Source of the DNA: the human T2T-CHM13v2.0 reference genome, Homo sapiens
Assembly: GCF_009914755.1 (NCBI RefSeq)
Contig: NC_060938.1
DNA length: 64,000 nt
Strand: one strand, 5' to 3'
The notes under the pieces: generated by a model
The model's input: the letters and a program-made list of their open reading frames with translations, nothing else
What the model was told of the DNA's origin: nothing
Database searches by the model: none
Program-made: the position numbers and the translations under genes
Part shown: one piece after another, positions 30,105 through 45,800 of the stretch
How the letters are laid out: every line of letters begins with the position of its first letter
How positions within the stretch are numbered: position 1 is the first letter of the stretch

Positions 30105-30370
30105 GGCCAGATGCAGTGGCTCACACCTGTCATCCCAACACCTTGGGAGGCCAAGGTGTGTGGATTGCTTGAGCCCAGGACGTCAAGGCAACATGGCAAA
30201 ACCCCATCTCTACAAAAAAAAAATACAAAAATTAGCTGGACATGGTGGCATGCACCTGTAGTCCCAGTTAGCCAGGAGTCTGAGGTGGGGGTTTGATTGA
30301 GCATGAGGTTGATGCTACAATTACTCCAGCCTGAGCCACAGAGTAAAACCCTGTCACACACACAAAAAAA
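30105..30370 (+). mobile_element. Alu (J-type)
   Basis: ggattgcttgagcccagga is J-like; sequence is diverged. Confidence 0.9.
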
Positions 30371-30535
30371 GATTGCAGCTTTCTGAAGGCTCAGATAACT
30401 GTTAGCACTTGTTAACAATAAAGTATTTGTAAATTAAAGTATGCACACTTTGTAGTCATATGCTATTGCACACTTTATACAGCACAGTATAAACATACTT
30501 TTACATGCACTGGGAAACCAAAAGAAATTGTATAA

Positions 30536-30945
<410 letters not shown>

Positions 30946-31071
30946 TCTCATTTTTTAAAAAGAGTGAGAATGAGAAATATATGGAAAGTGATGGTCAAGT
31001 TTACGGCATTATTTGTTGTGATGAGTCCTGGGGCGAATACTTATCTCTAAACTCATTAAGATGTATATATT

Positions 31072-31375
<304 letters not shown>

Positions 31376-31400
31376 TAAGGTGTATATTAAATATGTGTAA

Positions 31401-32018
<618 letters not shown>

Positions 32019-32168
32019 AATTTTTAAATATATATAATTAAAAATTAATAAATAACAGGTATTTGCAAGTTTCCATTTTGTTATATGCTTATTATTCTTT
32101 ATCTTTATGTCAGGTTGCTGTGTCAATACACTTAGGAGATCACAGTTTCTAAATTGAAATACATATAA

Positions 32169-32494
<326 letters not shown>

Positions 32495-32696
32495 CTGGAT
32501 TTTTTTTCTAAAATTTACATTTCTGAGTTAAGAATGCTCAAAATATTATAAAAACAGAAGCACAATTCATTATGTGTTTCATTAATTACCTTTATTAAAA
32601 ACAACACAATTATATTACAATAGGACAAAAAAATGTTCAAGCTAATGAAAACAAAACCATGACATACCCAAACTCAGGAGAAGGCAACAAAGGCAG

Positions 32697-32936
32697 TGCT
32701 AAAGGGACGCTTACAGCTGCAGATGCTTAAATTAAAAAGAAGAAAGATTTGAAATACATGCTAAAGGGAAGCTTACAGCTGCAGATGCTTAAATTAAAAA
32801 GAAGAAAGATCTCAAACCCATGCTAAAGGGAAGCTTATAGCTGCAGATGCTTAAATTAAAAAGAAGATCTCAAACCCATGCTAAAGGGAAGCTTACAGCT
32901 GCAGATGCTTAAATTAAAAAGAAGAAAGATCTCAAA
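32697..32936. repeat. Tandem repeat, 4 copies of 58-62 bp, derived from L1 ORF2
   Basis: tgctaaagggaagcttacagctgcagatgcttaaattaaaaagaagaaagatctcaaaccca starts at 32697, 32759, 32821 and 32879. Confidence 0.95.
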
Positions 32937-33967
32937 TCAATAACCTAACATTACACCTGTAAGGGAAAAATAAAAACTAATGACAAACCAAGCAAAACGA
33001 AGAAAATAACAGATTAGAGCAGAGATAAGCAGAATAAGACCAGAAAAAAAGGAAAAAAAAAAACACACTGAGTTTGTTTTTTTAAAGATCAATAAAAATT
33101 TTAAAACTCACAGCTATATTAAGAAAAAAGAGAAATCTCAAATACTAAAATCATAAATAAAAGAAGTGACAGTACAACAGATGCCACAGAAATGAAAAAG
33201 ATTACAAGACACTAATGTGAGCAACCATATGCCACAAAACTGGGCAACCTAGAATAAATTTATAAATTCCTAGAAACACAAACCACCATACTGCATCACG
33301 GAGAAATAAAAAATCCAAAGAGACCTGTAACTAGTACGAAGATTCAACCAGTAATCAAAAACCCCCCAAAAAAGAAAATTCCAGGTCCAGATAACTTCAC
33401 TGGAGAATTTTACCAAACATTTCAAGAAGAATTAATGCCAATCCTCTGCAAAATATTTCAAAAATGTTTAAAAACCAGAAGGGGACATTCCAATCCATTC
33501 TATCAGGTCAACATTTATCTGGTTCCAGAGCAAGATGAACACCTTTTTTAATAAAAACACTCAAAGAATTAGTAATATATGGAAACTCCTCAGTAAATAA
33601 AGATTATACATGAAAAGCTTACAGCTAACATCATACTCAATAGTGAAAAACTAAAATCTTTTCCTCTAGGATCAGGAATAAAATAGCAACATCCCTTCCT
33701 GCCACTTCTATTCACCACAGTACTTGAATTTCTACTTAGAATAATTAGGCAAGATAAAGTAATAAAAAGCATGCAAATTGGAAAGGAAAAAGTACAAAAT
33801 TTTGTTCACAGACAACAGGATGTAATGTATAAAAATCCTGAAATTCCACAAAATACTGGTAAAATAATGAAATTCAACAATGTTTCAGGATACAATAACA
33901 CACACATGTCAGTTGCATTTCTATAAACAAACAATGAACAATCTGCAAATAAAATTTTAAAAAGAGA

Positions 33968-34339
<372 letters not shown>

Positions 34340-34357
34340 TTAGAAAGAATGACATTT

Positions 34358-34658
<301 letters not shown>

Positions 34659-35457
34659 TTACATTTACAACAGCATTATAAAAATTAGAAATAAGCTTAA
34701 CCAAGAGGGCAAAAGATTTGAACAGAGAAAACTACAAAACACTGTTGAAAGAAATTAAACACAAATAAATGAAAAGAAAAGCTGGGTTTGCAGATTAGAT
34801 GATTTAATCTTGGAATGATGTCAACACTGCTCGAAGTGACCTAGATTCAATACAATCCTTATAAAGATTCCAATGACATTTTTGATAAACAGAAAAACCT
34901 ATCCTAAAATTCATATGGAATCTCCAGGGCCCATGAATAGGCAAATCAATCTTGAAACAGAACAAAATTAAAGGTCTCAAAACAATTACAAAACTGCAAT
35001 AAGCAAAAAAAAATGTGGTCATGGCATAAAGACACACTTGACACACTTATGGACCAACACAACAGAGACCTTAGAAACCAACCCTGGCATATATGGTCTG
35101 ATGATCTTCCACAAGGATGCCAAGACCACTCAATGGTGAAGGACAGTTTCTTCAACAAATGGTGTTGGGAAAATTGTATATCTACATGCAAAACAATGAT
35201 GTTGGACCCTTACCTTACACCACGTTAAAATTAATTCAAAGTGAATTATAAACCTAAATGTAAAACTACAACTATCAAACTCCTAGGGAAAACAAATTTG
35301 GAAAATGCTTTATGATGATGAATTTGTCAATAATTTTTAGGATATGACATTAAAAGCTCAGGCAGTAAAAGCAAAAATATATCAAACTTAAAAACTTCTG
35401 TACCTCAAAGGTCACAACCAACAGGGTAAAAGGCAAACTGTAGAATAAAAGAAAATA

Positions 35458-35670
35458 CCAGTTGAGTGTCCCTTATTTGAAATGCTTGGGATGTGTTTCA
35501 GATTTTGTAATATTTGCATTATTCTTACTGGTTTAGCATCTCGAATTCAAACACCTGAGTCTGAGATGCTCCAATAAGCATTTCCTTTGAGTGTCATGTT
35601 GGCACTCAAAAAGTTTCAGACTTTGGAGCATTTGGGATTTCAGATTTTTGGATCAGAGACATTCAATCTA
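35458..35670 (+). mobile_element. Tigger4a/MER46-like non-autonomous DNA transposon
   Basis: cagttgagtgtcccttatttgaaatgcttggga...gctccaataagcatttcctttgagtgtcatgttggcactcaaaaagtttcaga, flanked by TA. Confidence 0.85.
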
Positions 35671-35731
35671 TAATTGCACATCATGTATCTCATAAGAAGT
35701 GAACATCCAGAATACGTAAAGTACTCCTACA

Positions 35732-36760
35732 GAGAGACTACCAGAAGCAGAAAGGAGCAAACACATTTTCATACTAGGGCACCTCCTATCTCTCCTGGAT
35801 TCCAATTAGGGCAGAGTAAGTGCTTGTTCTCTGCCAACCCAGGATTAGGCCCTGCAGCTGCAGTGAAAATAATCACAGAAGAAAACTAAGAAATAAAAAA
35901 TGGAGAAAGTGAGACATCAAACTAAAATTACTAGAAACCCCCAGGAAGAAGGAAAAAGAAACCAAGAAAACAGAAAAACAATCAAACCAGTTAATTAAAC
36001 CTTGGCATGACCAGAAGATCAGAGTTTCCTAAAGGAGTGGAAATTTATTGATTTGAAGAGGTTTTATTGATTACTGATTTGAAGAGGAAGAAAAACCATG
36101 AATGGTCTGAAGCAAAAGCCTAGTGTCTGAAGAAGTCAGTAGGGTGAAAACAAGAGCTGGCCAGAATTTCCACAGATGGTGACAAGTTTGCAAAGCCTTT
36201 ACTAGACTACTCATGAGGCTAACTAGAGGCCAAGGAGCCAACACTGCCCTTGTCCTTACAGACAGACCCTACACAGGATTCCCAGATATACATGGAAGGA
36301 CAACATCTTATCAGATCCTCTCTGTGCAGATGTGGTTATCATTCCAAATAATGAGCTCCAGCCCCAAGACTGTTCCATCCTCAATTGCTTTGAGTGGGCA
36401 ATGTAGGCTCTCCACACACGAGCTACATGTAAGTTCCTTGGGTAACCAGATGGGAGCTGTGAAACAAAAACCCTCCATGCTCAGGTCCGTATCTGTTTCC
36501 TGCCTTTTTCTCAGCAATTCCCAGGCCGCAGCAGCAGTGGTCTACCTCTGCTGATTCTCATTCAGAATCTAAACTTAGAAACAATTAGAACCTAGACCCC
36601 AATTCTACCTGAAAGTAACAGAATAACATAATCTGTACCCTGCAGCATGACTGTTTGCCCAACGTAATGAGGATGAACTGAGAGATAATGAATGATCATG
36701 ACCCTGGCCCAAGTAACGAGAATGAACTGTGAGATAAATGAATGATCATAACCAAAAAAC
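35732..36760 (+). other. Unidentified ~1 kb insert in the L1M, possible retrocopy
   Basis: The L1 breaks at actcctaca| and resumes at ctacaacccaacaaca. There is a short A run at the right end. The sequence does not resemble a repeat I recognise. Confidence 0.45.
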
Positions 36761-37190
36761 CCCGCTACAACCCAACAACAAAATAAAGTGATTAAGAAAT
36801 AGACAAAGAACATTTATCCAAAGATACAAAGATGATATACAAATAGCCAACAGATACATGAGATATATGAGAAGATGTGTAACATCACTAGTCATTAGAA
36901 AAATGCAAATAGAAACCACAAAAGGACATCACTTCAAACCCAACAGAAAGTAACAAGTGCAGGTGAAACTGAAACCCTTGAACACTGTTGGTGGAAATAT
37001 GAACTGGCTTCTCAAAAAAAATAAAATAAAATGACCATATGATCCAGCCATCCAACTTCTACAGAGACAGAATAACTAGTAGCAGGACCTCAAACAGATA
37101 TGTGCACACCTAAGTTCACAGCAGCATTACACAGCCACAAGGTGGAAGAAACCAAAACGTCCCTCCGGGAATAGATGGATAAACAAAAGG

Positions 37191-37348
37191 ATATATATAT
37201 ATATATAGAAAATATATATATATATATATATAGAAAATATATATATATATATATAGAAAATATATATATATATATAAAATATATATATATATAGAAATAT
37301 ATATATATATATAGAAAAAATATATATGGAAAAAATATATATATATAT
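37191..37348. repeat. Interrupted (TA)n microsatellite
   Basis: (TA)n blocks separated by gaaaa. Confidence 0.97.
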
Positions 37349-37664
37349 GAAGAAATATTATTCAGCCATAGAAAGGAAGAAAATCCTGACACATCTGACA
37401 CATAATATGGAACAACAAATATTACATAACCCTAGGTATATAAGCCGAATTTTTAGAAACACAAAGTAGAATAGTACTTGCAGGAGGTGGAAGGAGGGGG
37501 AAATTAATAGTTGTTAAATGGGTATAGAGTTTTCCAAGATAAAAATCTAGAAATCTGCTACACAACACTGTAAATATTCTTAACTCTACAAAACTGTATA
37601 CTTACAACTGGTTATGACGGTAAATTTTAAGGTATGTATTTGTTACCAAAATTCTAAATAATAA

Positions 37665-37977
<313 letters not shown>

Positions 37978-38087
37978 ATAAAAAATTATTTCAAAAAGCC
38001 AAAAGATTAATCAAACTGGAATATTTAGAAATATTTAACCCAAAAGAAGTTAGGAAAGAACACATAGAAGATCAAAAGACAGACGAA

Positions 38088-38385
38088 GGCCAGGCATGGT
38101 GGCTTATGCCTGTAATCTGAACACTCTGGGAGGCCAATGTGGGTAGATTGCTTGAGCTCAGGAGTTCAAGACCAGCCCGTGCAACATGGCAAAACCCTAT
38201 CTCTACAAAAAATATAAAAATTAGCCAGGTGTGGTGCCATGTACCTGTAGTCCCAGCTACTCAGGGGTCTCAAGTGAAGATTGGTTGGGCCTGGGAGGCA
38301 GAGGTTGCAGTGAGCCAAGATTGCACCATTGCACTACAGTCTGGGTGACAGAGCAAGACCCTGTCTTAAAAAAAATAAACAAATA
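38088..38385 (+). mobile_element. Alu (J-type)
   Basis: Contains gattgcttgagctcaggagttcaag. Confidence 0.9.
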
Positions 38386-38389
38386 GAAA

Positions 38390-39190
38390 ATAAGTAGAAA
38401 CATGGCAGACCTAAAACCAACCTTAGCAATGATTAGTTACAATGTAACTGGACAAATACTCTACTTAAGACAGAGACTGCCAGACCTGAGAGGAAAGCAA
38501 GACCCAATAATATGGCATCCACAGAGACACAATTTAAACACAAAGACACAAAGTATGAGAAAAAAATATGCTATGCAGACACTAATCATAAAATTATGCT
38601 ATCCAGACACTAATCATAAAAAGCTTCAATGGAGATGTTAACACTAGATGAAAGAGGCTTCAGAATAAAATATATCACCAGAAATAAACAGGCTAATTTC
38701 ATAAAAATAAAAGAATCAGAGAGGATGATGTTACAATTATAAATTGTGCCTCAAAGTCCACACAAAGTACACACACTCACAGAGCCTCAAAGTATGTGAA
38801 TCAAAAACAACAGAACAAAAGCAGGAAATTGACAATCCAAAATTATAGCTGGTGAATTAATACTGCTCCCTCAGTAACTGACGGAACAACCAGATAAAAA
38901 TATAGGAAAAATACGGATCTAAATGACAAAATCCTGACCCAAATGGTACTTGGCAGTACCAAGTTAGACTGTATGTTGATCGATTGAGGAAAGGTTCAAG
39001 CCTGAAATAGTATACAAAGTATGTTTCTCTGAACACTTGAAATTAAATTAGAAACCAACAACCAATTGATATCCAGAAAAGCCTCAAATGTCTGAAAACC
39101 AAGTAATAAACTTTGAAATATCCTGTGAGTCAAAAAAGTATTCACAAGGGGAACTGGAATGTATTTGGAACAAAGTTTTTATAAAAATCA
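38390..39190 (+). mobile_element. Ancient L1M (L1ME-like) ORF2 endonuclease-region remnant
   Basis: A-rich, with degenerate motifs aagcaagacccaa...atg...acagagacac and gtatgtttctctgaacac...gaaattaaattagaaa. Confidence 0.65.
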
Positions 39191-39195
39191 CATTT

Positions 39196-41288
39196 CAGGT
39201 AGACTAAAGGTGACAACTTCTTTCCTGCTCCTCTCTCTGTGAGAACCAATTCCCCTTAAACCTTGCCCAGACTACTGACTTATTTGGCCAACAGAAGGTG
39301 ACAAAGGTGGTATTTGGGGACTTCAGAAGCCAGGCTGAGAAAACAGAACACTTATCCAGGAGAAAGCCAGTCACCAGGCAGGAAATCCCACTCCCCTGAG
39401 ACCCCATGATGGAAACCACACGGCCAGTCCATGACTAGCTACACGCATTGACATCCCTCACTGAGCCTCCAGCAACACCGACTCCCAACCACTAGTGAGC
39501 CTCCAGCAACATCCACTCCCAACCACTAGTGAGCCACCCTGCACACCACCCCGCTGTGCTTTCACACAATCCAGCTTGGCTGCAACTGTGTGTGAGATGA
39601 GCTGGCCACCAAGACTCTCTAAGCCAAAAAACAAGTAATAATGAGTTGTTTTAAGCTGCCAAGTTTTGGGGATGGTTTCTTCAGAATAGATAACTGGAAC
39701 AGAATATAGCAGCTGGAAATGAGCCACTGTAGTAATCAGAAGCTACAATATGTGCCACGACTGTGAGGCCGACCTGTAACTGGGCCTCAAGGAGACCTTT
39801 CATGCAACCTGGAAGGGCATCAAGACTCTTGGTCAGGGCCTGAAGGACTGTGAGAAAATGTCATTGGAAACTGGAGAAAAGGCCTGAGAGTTACGTGCTG
39901 AGGGACTGTGAGAAAACTACGGCCACAACATGGAAACTGAAAGGGCACTGCACCATCTCAGCGATCTGCCTAAGGAGACATCTGGGAAGAACATGGAAAG
40001 TGCTACAAGCCTCCCTTAACTGTCACTGAATAAATATGACAGGAGAGGGACATGATCTAAATAAGGAGGTTCAGTTTTCAAACAGAATTTAGAGAAAATA
40101 TAAAGAAATAATTTCTTGTCTCAAAAGGCCAAAGCAAAAAAAAAAAAAAAGAAAAGAAAAGGAAAAAAAAATGAAAAAGAAGCCATTGAATACCCTATTG
40201 ACCATAAGAAAGAGGCAGAGAAATTTGGTCAACGGCAACCCAGGCAATGAAGGAAAAAGAACATGGAGAATGACAAAAGCCCAGAGGGAGGAGTAAAAGG
40301 ACACAAACGCCGTTCTCAGGGACCAGGACTGGGCGCGGTTCTCAGGGACCAGGACTGGGCACTAATCACAGAACTGTAACAGGCGCCCCATGGGAATGAC
40401 CAACTGTTAGACGGGGCCTGCAGGGCAGCACCTCCCTCCTACCTCCCACCAACAGCTTCTAAAGGGAAATGCCGACTGTTTTCACACCACTCCCCTCACT
40501 GTGGTTGAGTGTGTGGGTGCAGATGATAGGTCACAACAACCTGATTCAGTCCTCACTGCGGCTGAGTGTGTCAGGTGCAGATGACAGGCCACCACAACCT
40601 GATTCAGTCCTCACTGTGGCTGTGTGTGTGGGTGCAGATGACAGGCCACCACAACCTGATTCAGGATTCAGTTGGGCTACCAGCCAGTGCCATAAGGAAA
40701 ACCATTCTGGGGCTCTTGAGAGGGGCAAAGAATAATTTGCATGTGGGAGAAGCGTTAATAGTTTGTGGCCAGAGGACAAGCTGTGGTTTATTAAAGACTG
40801 CTGCAGGTTCCTACTATGCTTCTCATCAAGAGGTGGAATCTAATCACCTATCCCCCTTGAATCATGGCTGGTCTCAGTGATGAGTACAACTGGACAGTGT
40901 GGCAGGAGGGATGCTCTGGGACTTTTGAGGGGCAATCATGAGAGGCCTTACAGCTTTTGCCTGGGCCTCTTGGACACACACCCTGGGAGAAGCCAGACAA
41001 ACCTGACTACCTGACGCTGCCAGACTGGAAGGAAGTCCGTGCTGGCCACAAAGAGAGGGCTGGGTGCCTGCTCCATGTCCCCAGCCACTAGAGTCCTTCT
41101 GGGTGCCTGCTTCACGTCCCCAGCCATTAGAGTCCTTCCAGATGAGACCAGGGACATCATGAAGCAGCCAACCCACACCGCTCTCTCCAGTGTCTTGACC
41201 CAGAAAATTGTGACATGGAAAAAGAATAAATTCCTGGTTTAAGCCAGTAAGGTTACTGGTATGTAGTTTCATCGCAGATAATTAAAAC
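39196..41288 (+). mobile_element. MLT1 (MaLR) element: 5' LTR ~39196-39700, internal remnant, 3' LTR ~40782-41288
   Basis: Two MLT1-like LTR ends (gttgttttaagctgccaagttttgggg...agataactggaaca; gtttaagccagtaagg...gcagataattaaaac). The internal end tttgcatgtgggag...ggccagaggacaagc|tg is typical of MLT-int. Confidence 0.7.
40494..40664. repeat. Tandem triplication, 57-58 bp
   Basis: cctcactgtggttgagtgtgtgggtgcagatgataggtcacaacaacctgattcagt starts at 40494, 40551 and 40609. Confidence 0.93.
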
Positions 41289-42013
41289 CTTGAAAAACTC
41301 ATGAGAGATCACAAGTAGAACCTTGATCTGAAACATGGCATGTGGCGATTTATATTGAGTATTAGGTTAAAAATGCAAGAATGGAGCATAGTTAATATTT
41401 TACTTTAAAGCTAAAACTATAATTGCCTACTTAAAATTTTCAGTTAACTAGTTTGTCACTTTTTGTTCTTAACCAGGAAATCAACTAGTTTTAGTCCATA
41501 AACAGTTACAACTGATGCACACATCCGTTTTTCCTTACTCATTTTAAGCAGCTATCTGAAATAGGAAGTGTAATATAATCTTTAAAGAATCTGAAAACAT
41601 GACAGAAATGTTTAAACTATAAACATATATTGTATATGTTAGCATATTGTATACATTGCATATTAACATAAGCTAGAATCATTGACATAAATTTATATAA
41701 ACAAAAGGTAGAAAATATGACAATGTTCTTCTTGTTTTTTGTCTTTGCATATTTCTTTACTGGCCCTTGTCAAACGTGACCCACTAACTCTGGAATGCTT
41801 TCTCTTTCCCCATGGATTCCTAAGGATGTCACCACAGTGCTGGCCAGATGCACAGGTCACAGGGGACTGAACCTCGTCACCCCACAAACACACCCTTCAG
41901 GTTTTGACAAGAATGACACAGTAAATGTAACAAAGCTGCCGTGCTTGTTAGTGAACACCAACTCAGCTCCTCTCCTGTATTCGGAAATCAGGATGAGATG
42001 AAAACAACAAGCA

Positions 42014-42320
42014 GGCCAGGCACGGTGGCTCATGCCTGTAATCCCAGCACTTTGGTAGGCCGAGGCGGGCAGATCACCTGAGGTAGGGAGTTCGAGACCA
42101 CCCTGATCGAAACAGTAAATCCCATCTCTACTAAAAATACAAAATTAGCCGGGCGTGGTGGCAAATGCCTGTAATACCAGCTACTCAGGAGCTGAGGCAG
42201 GAGAATTGCTTGAATCTGGGAGGTGAAGCCTGCAGTGAGCTGAGATCACACCACTGAGCTCTAGCCTGGGCAACAAGAGTGAAACTTTGTCTCAAAAGAA
42301 AAAAAATTAAAAATAAAAGA
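42014..42320 (+). mobile_element. Alu (S-type)
   Basis: Alu body with A-rich tail. Confidence 0.93.
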
Positions 42321-42715
42321 ACAAAGAAACAAAAGTAACAAGGCTTGACACCAGATGAGCCTGAATATAAGCAAGAAAAGCCCAGAAGAAATCCTATTTT
42401 GGGTCACTGGCTCATGGTAGTAATACCATACACAGAAGGGAAGAGAGAAGGATGTGGCTTTCACTTTGAATTTTTTGAGCTTAAGGTAAATTTTGGATAG
42501 CTACAAAGAAGCATTCAACAGAGTGTTAAACCTATGATGGAAAGAATAAGAGGTCCAAGCTGTAGAGAAACAGGACGGCAAACCACAAAGGGTTGAATCA
42601 GTCTAGGAGAACTGCAGGGCGGGATGAACAGCGACCAACGGAACATTTGGATAAACTGTTGAGAAGAAAGGAGAATTCAGAGAAAAAGAACTGTCAGTGA
42701 GGTCATAATAGGAAC

Positions 42716-43191
42716 TATTACAGTGAACTAAATATGACCTGGGAAGGATTCTGTACTTCTAGATTTGAGTCCCTGTGGGCAAACTGCAACCTAACTTAAT
42801 AGGTAGAAAAACTGAAAACCTAACTTAGGAGTATGCACCTGTAACTATAGCTCAGTCCTGGCCAATCCCAACAGCCAAACTTCTGCCACTCACACACAGC
42901 TGAGTGTTCAGCTGTGTTCAAATAAGGCAAATGCTGAGCACTGTAACCAGTCCAGTTGTTTCTGGACCTCACTGCTGAGAACTGTAACGGACCCAATTGC
43001 TTCTGGACCTCACTCCTCACTTCAGATTTCTGTACATCAGGTTCCCTTTATTGTCTATAAATCTTCCACCATGTAGCTGTGCTGGAGTCTCACTGAATCT
43101 GCTGTGATTCTGGGGCTGCCTGATTCGTGAATCATTCATTGCTCAATTAAGTTCCTTTAAATTTAATTCAGCTGAAGATTTTCTTTTAATA
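42716..43191 (+). mobile_element. MER57A-type 5' LTR
   Basis: gtgaactaaatatgacctgggaagg...ggccaatccc...tataaatcttccacc...gctcaattaa...cttttaata. Contains a ~41-bp internal duplication that the 3' LTR lacks. Confidence 0.88.
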
Positions 43192-43193
43192 GA

Positions 43194-43211
43194 TGGTGTC
43201 AGAAGTGGGAT
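43194..43211 (+). promoter_or_regulatory. Retroviral primer-binding site, tRNA-Leu(CAA) type
   Basis: TGGTGTCAGAAGTGGGAT lies two bases after the 5' LTR and is complementary to the recalled tRNA-Leu(CAA) 3' end. Confidence 0.8.
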
Positions 43212-43331
43212 CTGTGGGAGCAGGACTGCTAGGGCCTCCAGAGCTATAGTGTGGTGAGCAGTGTTGCTAGGGCTTCTAATGACCCCCAGGAGTGCTGAGG
43301 TACAAGAAAGGCACCTGCAAGGACCGCATTG

Positions 43332-44566
43332 TGATGCCAGCAGTGGCCCACGTGGAGCAGTTGCTACGGAGACACTGGCTGCAGTGGGGAGGAATGGCTG
43401 GGCCTGTGCACTCCTCGAAGCTGGTGGGAGCCAGGAACAGGTGGGAGCCCCACCCTTTCTAAATTGGCAAGCAGGAGCCCCACCCTCCCAGGCACAGCTG
43501 CAGCCATCCAGCCATGACTGCAAACCCAGGCATCTTTGCACTCTCAGAGGCCCAGCAAGCCCCCCTGCCCCCGCAGGCTCAGTTGTACCTGGTCCCACCA
43601 CCTGGCGTCTCTCTGCTCCCAGACCCCACTCCAACTTCGGATCCAAGTTAAGGCTGAACCCAGGCACAGTCACAACCCAGCCCGGTTGCCAGCCCCCTGC
43701 CACCTCAGCCCCTTCCAGACTTTGGGCACTGACGAGCACAGGAGGGAGGTTGAGGTGGGGCTAAGAGTGGCTCAGCACTGGCCTGAAGGCACTACTCAGC
43801 TCGAACAGCCTGGGCACTGTGGGCACAGCTACCCACTGTGCGTCTCTCTCAGCTGCTGAGAGCTGAACAGACGTTGGGATGACCTGCCTGCAGAAAGGAG
43901 CTACCCACTGCAGGTCCCCTCTGAGCTGTACTGTTGCTCAATAAAGCACCTCTTCACCTTGCTCACCTTCTACTTGTCCACATACCTCATTCTTCCTGGA
44001 CTCAGGACTAGAACTTGAGACCTGCCAACTAGCAGCGCTGAAAGAGATGTAACATAAACAGGGCTGAAACGCACCCCTTGCGTGCCAAATTGCAGGCAAG
44101 AAGAAGAGAAGAGAGAAGGAGAGAAGAGCTGTGGCCTTTCAGGGATCCCAGACATAGGAGCTCCCCAAGCCAGAGCTGTGACACCTTCTTTGGGGCTCTG
44201 CAGTTCCTGCATCTCCAAGCTTCCGGGCGCCACTGCATACCCTGATACCCACAGTGGAAGCTGTTTGCAGTCGGCCTGGTCCAGCTGCTGCCTCACAGGG
44301 AGCTGGCACCTGTGCCGGTGCCTGGAGCTGCCCACTCCACTGCAGCTGGCATGCTTGGCTGTGTGCAGTGGCTAGATCCCATGCTCGCTTGCTCACACAC
44401 CCTTCACTGCTCTGTACCCAGTTCACCCTTGGCATGTGTGGGATCCAGACCACTAGCATGAGCTGAGTGGACAGAACGAACCCAGTGGGCCCGAGCAAAA
44501 CACAGGAAAAAGCGCCACCAGCCAGAGGTTTCAGGCAGAAAAGTGATGCCTCAGGATTCTGTAACA
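43332..44566 (+). mobile_element. MER52-type solo LTR
   Basis: GC-rich 1.2 kb with TG...CA ends (tgatgccagcagtggccc ... caggattctgtaaca), TSD attg/cttg, and AATAAA near 43940. Confidence 0.85.
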
Positions 44567-45506
44567 CTTGTGCCTTTTGACCTCTCGGAGCAGCTGGGGA
44601 TCATGGTAAATTCTCTCTCGGATTTCAGAGCTCCATGGATTTGTGTTTTGAGCTCTGAGTTTCTTTGAGCAAATTTCTGTTCCAAACTGCTATCCAGCCA
44701 TGACTGGCTGGATGTTTTAGAAGTTATAACAGAAACGGGACTGGGTCCAGGATCAGATTTCATCCAGTAGTTAACTGGCTTGAATCCAGTTCCAGTTAGA
44801 GGCCTCCTACATCTGAATGGGTCAGAAAGAAAGTGGTAATAAATGATAATATTGGAGGGTTGTAAAATTTGGCTTTTGAAAATTCACGGGGATTTTTGTG
44901 TTCTACACCTTTGTTTCATTTTCCTCGCACGCTTAGGTAGGAAAAAAAAAATTGGCTAAGTCAATCAAGGGAACCTGGGAGTAAAGCCAATATATTAGGT
45001 AAAAATAGGATCCTTAATTTCTGGAAAACTAAGCTCCTTCTGGCTAATTCATTAGGCCTGGGAAGCAGCAAAGTCTTACAGAAATGGCAAAATCTTACTA
45101 AAGATAACTTACAGTGGAACATTCCAAATGAATAATGCCCTGGAATGCATTTAAAAATGAGGCCTCCCAAATTAGTCTCATCTAGGGATGCCTATTAATA
45201 TGCAGAAGCTTCTAAAAAGATTTAGAGATGGCACGGCCTATCTGGGAGCAAGTTTGAGTCTTACCAGTTTGACACTGGGTGCTAAGCAAAGTGGTTCGTG
45301 TCTATGTTTTGTCATATGTATTTTGCTCTGAGCAGAATGAAAAATGTTAATTTGGTTACTCCAAGCAACCCCTTGGGCAGCATCTTGCAAAGCTGAGTGG
45401 ATTCTTCCTGTGTCTCCATGATTTCCACTGTGATGCAGCTTGGCTCCCATAGCTATAATGTGGTGAGGAGGGTGACAGAGCAAGACGCTATCTTTAAAAA
45501 AAAAAT

Positions 45507-45800
45507 GGCCAGAGGCAGTGGCTCATGCCTGTAATCCCAACACTTGGGGAGGCCGAGACAGGTGGATCTCCTGAGGTCAGGAATTCAGGGCCAGCCTGAC
45601 CAACAAGGAAAAACCCCGTGTCTACTAAAAACACAAAATTAGCTGAGCATGGTGGGGCTTGCCTCTAATCCCAGCTACTCAGGAGGCTGGGGCAGGAGAA
45701 TCACTTGAACCTGGGAGGCAGGGGGTTGCAGTGGACCGAGATCACACCATTGCACTCCAGCCTGGGCAACAAGAGGGAAAATCCACCTCAAAAAAAAATA
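45507..45800 (+). mobile_element. Alu (S-type)
   Basis: Alu body with A tail. Confidence 0.92.

Noticed and set aside
43143-44567. GC-rich ORFs of 100-198 aa
   Set aside because: They lie almost entirely within the MER52 LTR, overlap on both strands, and show no recognisable domain.
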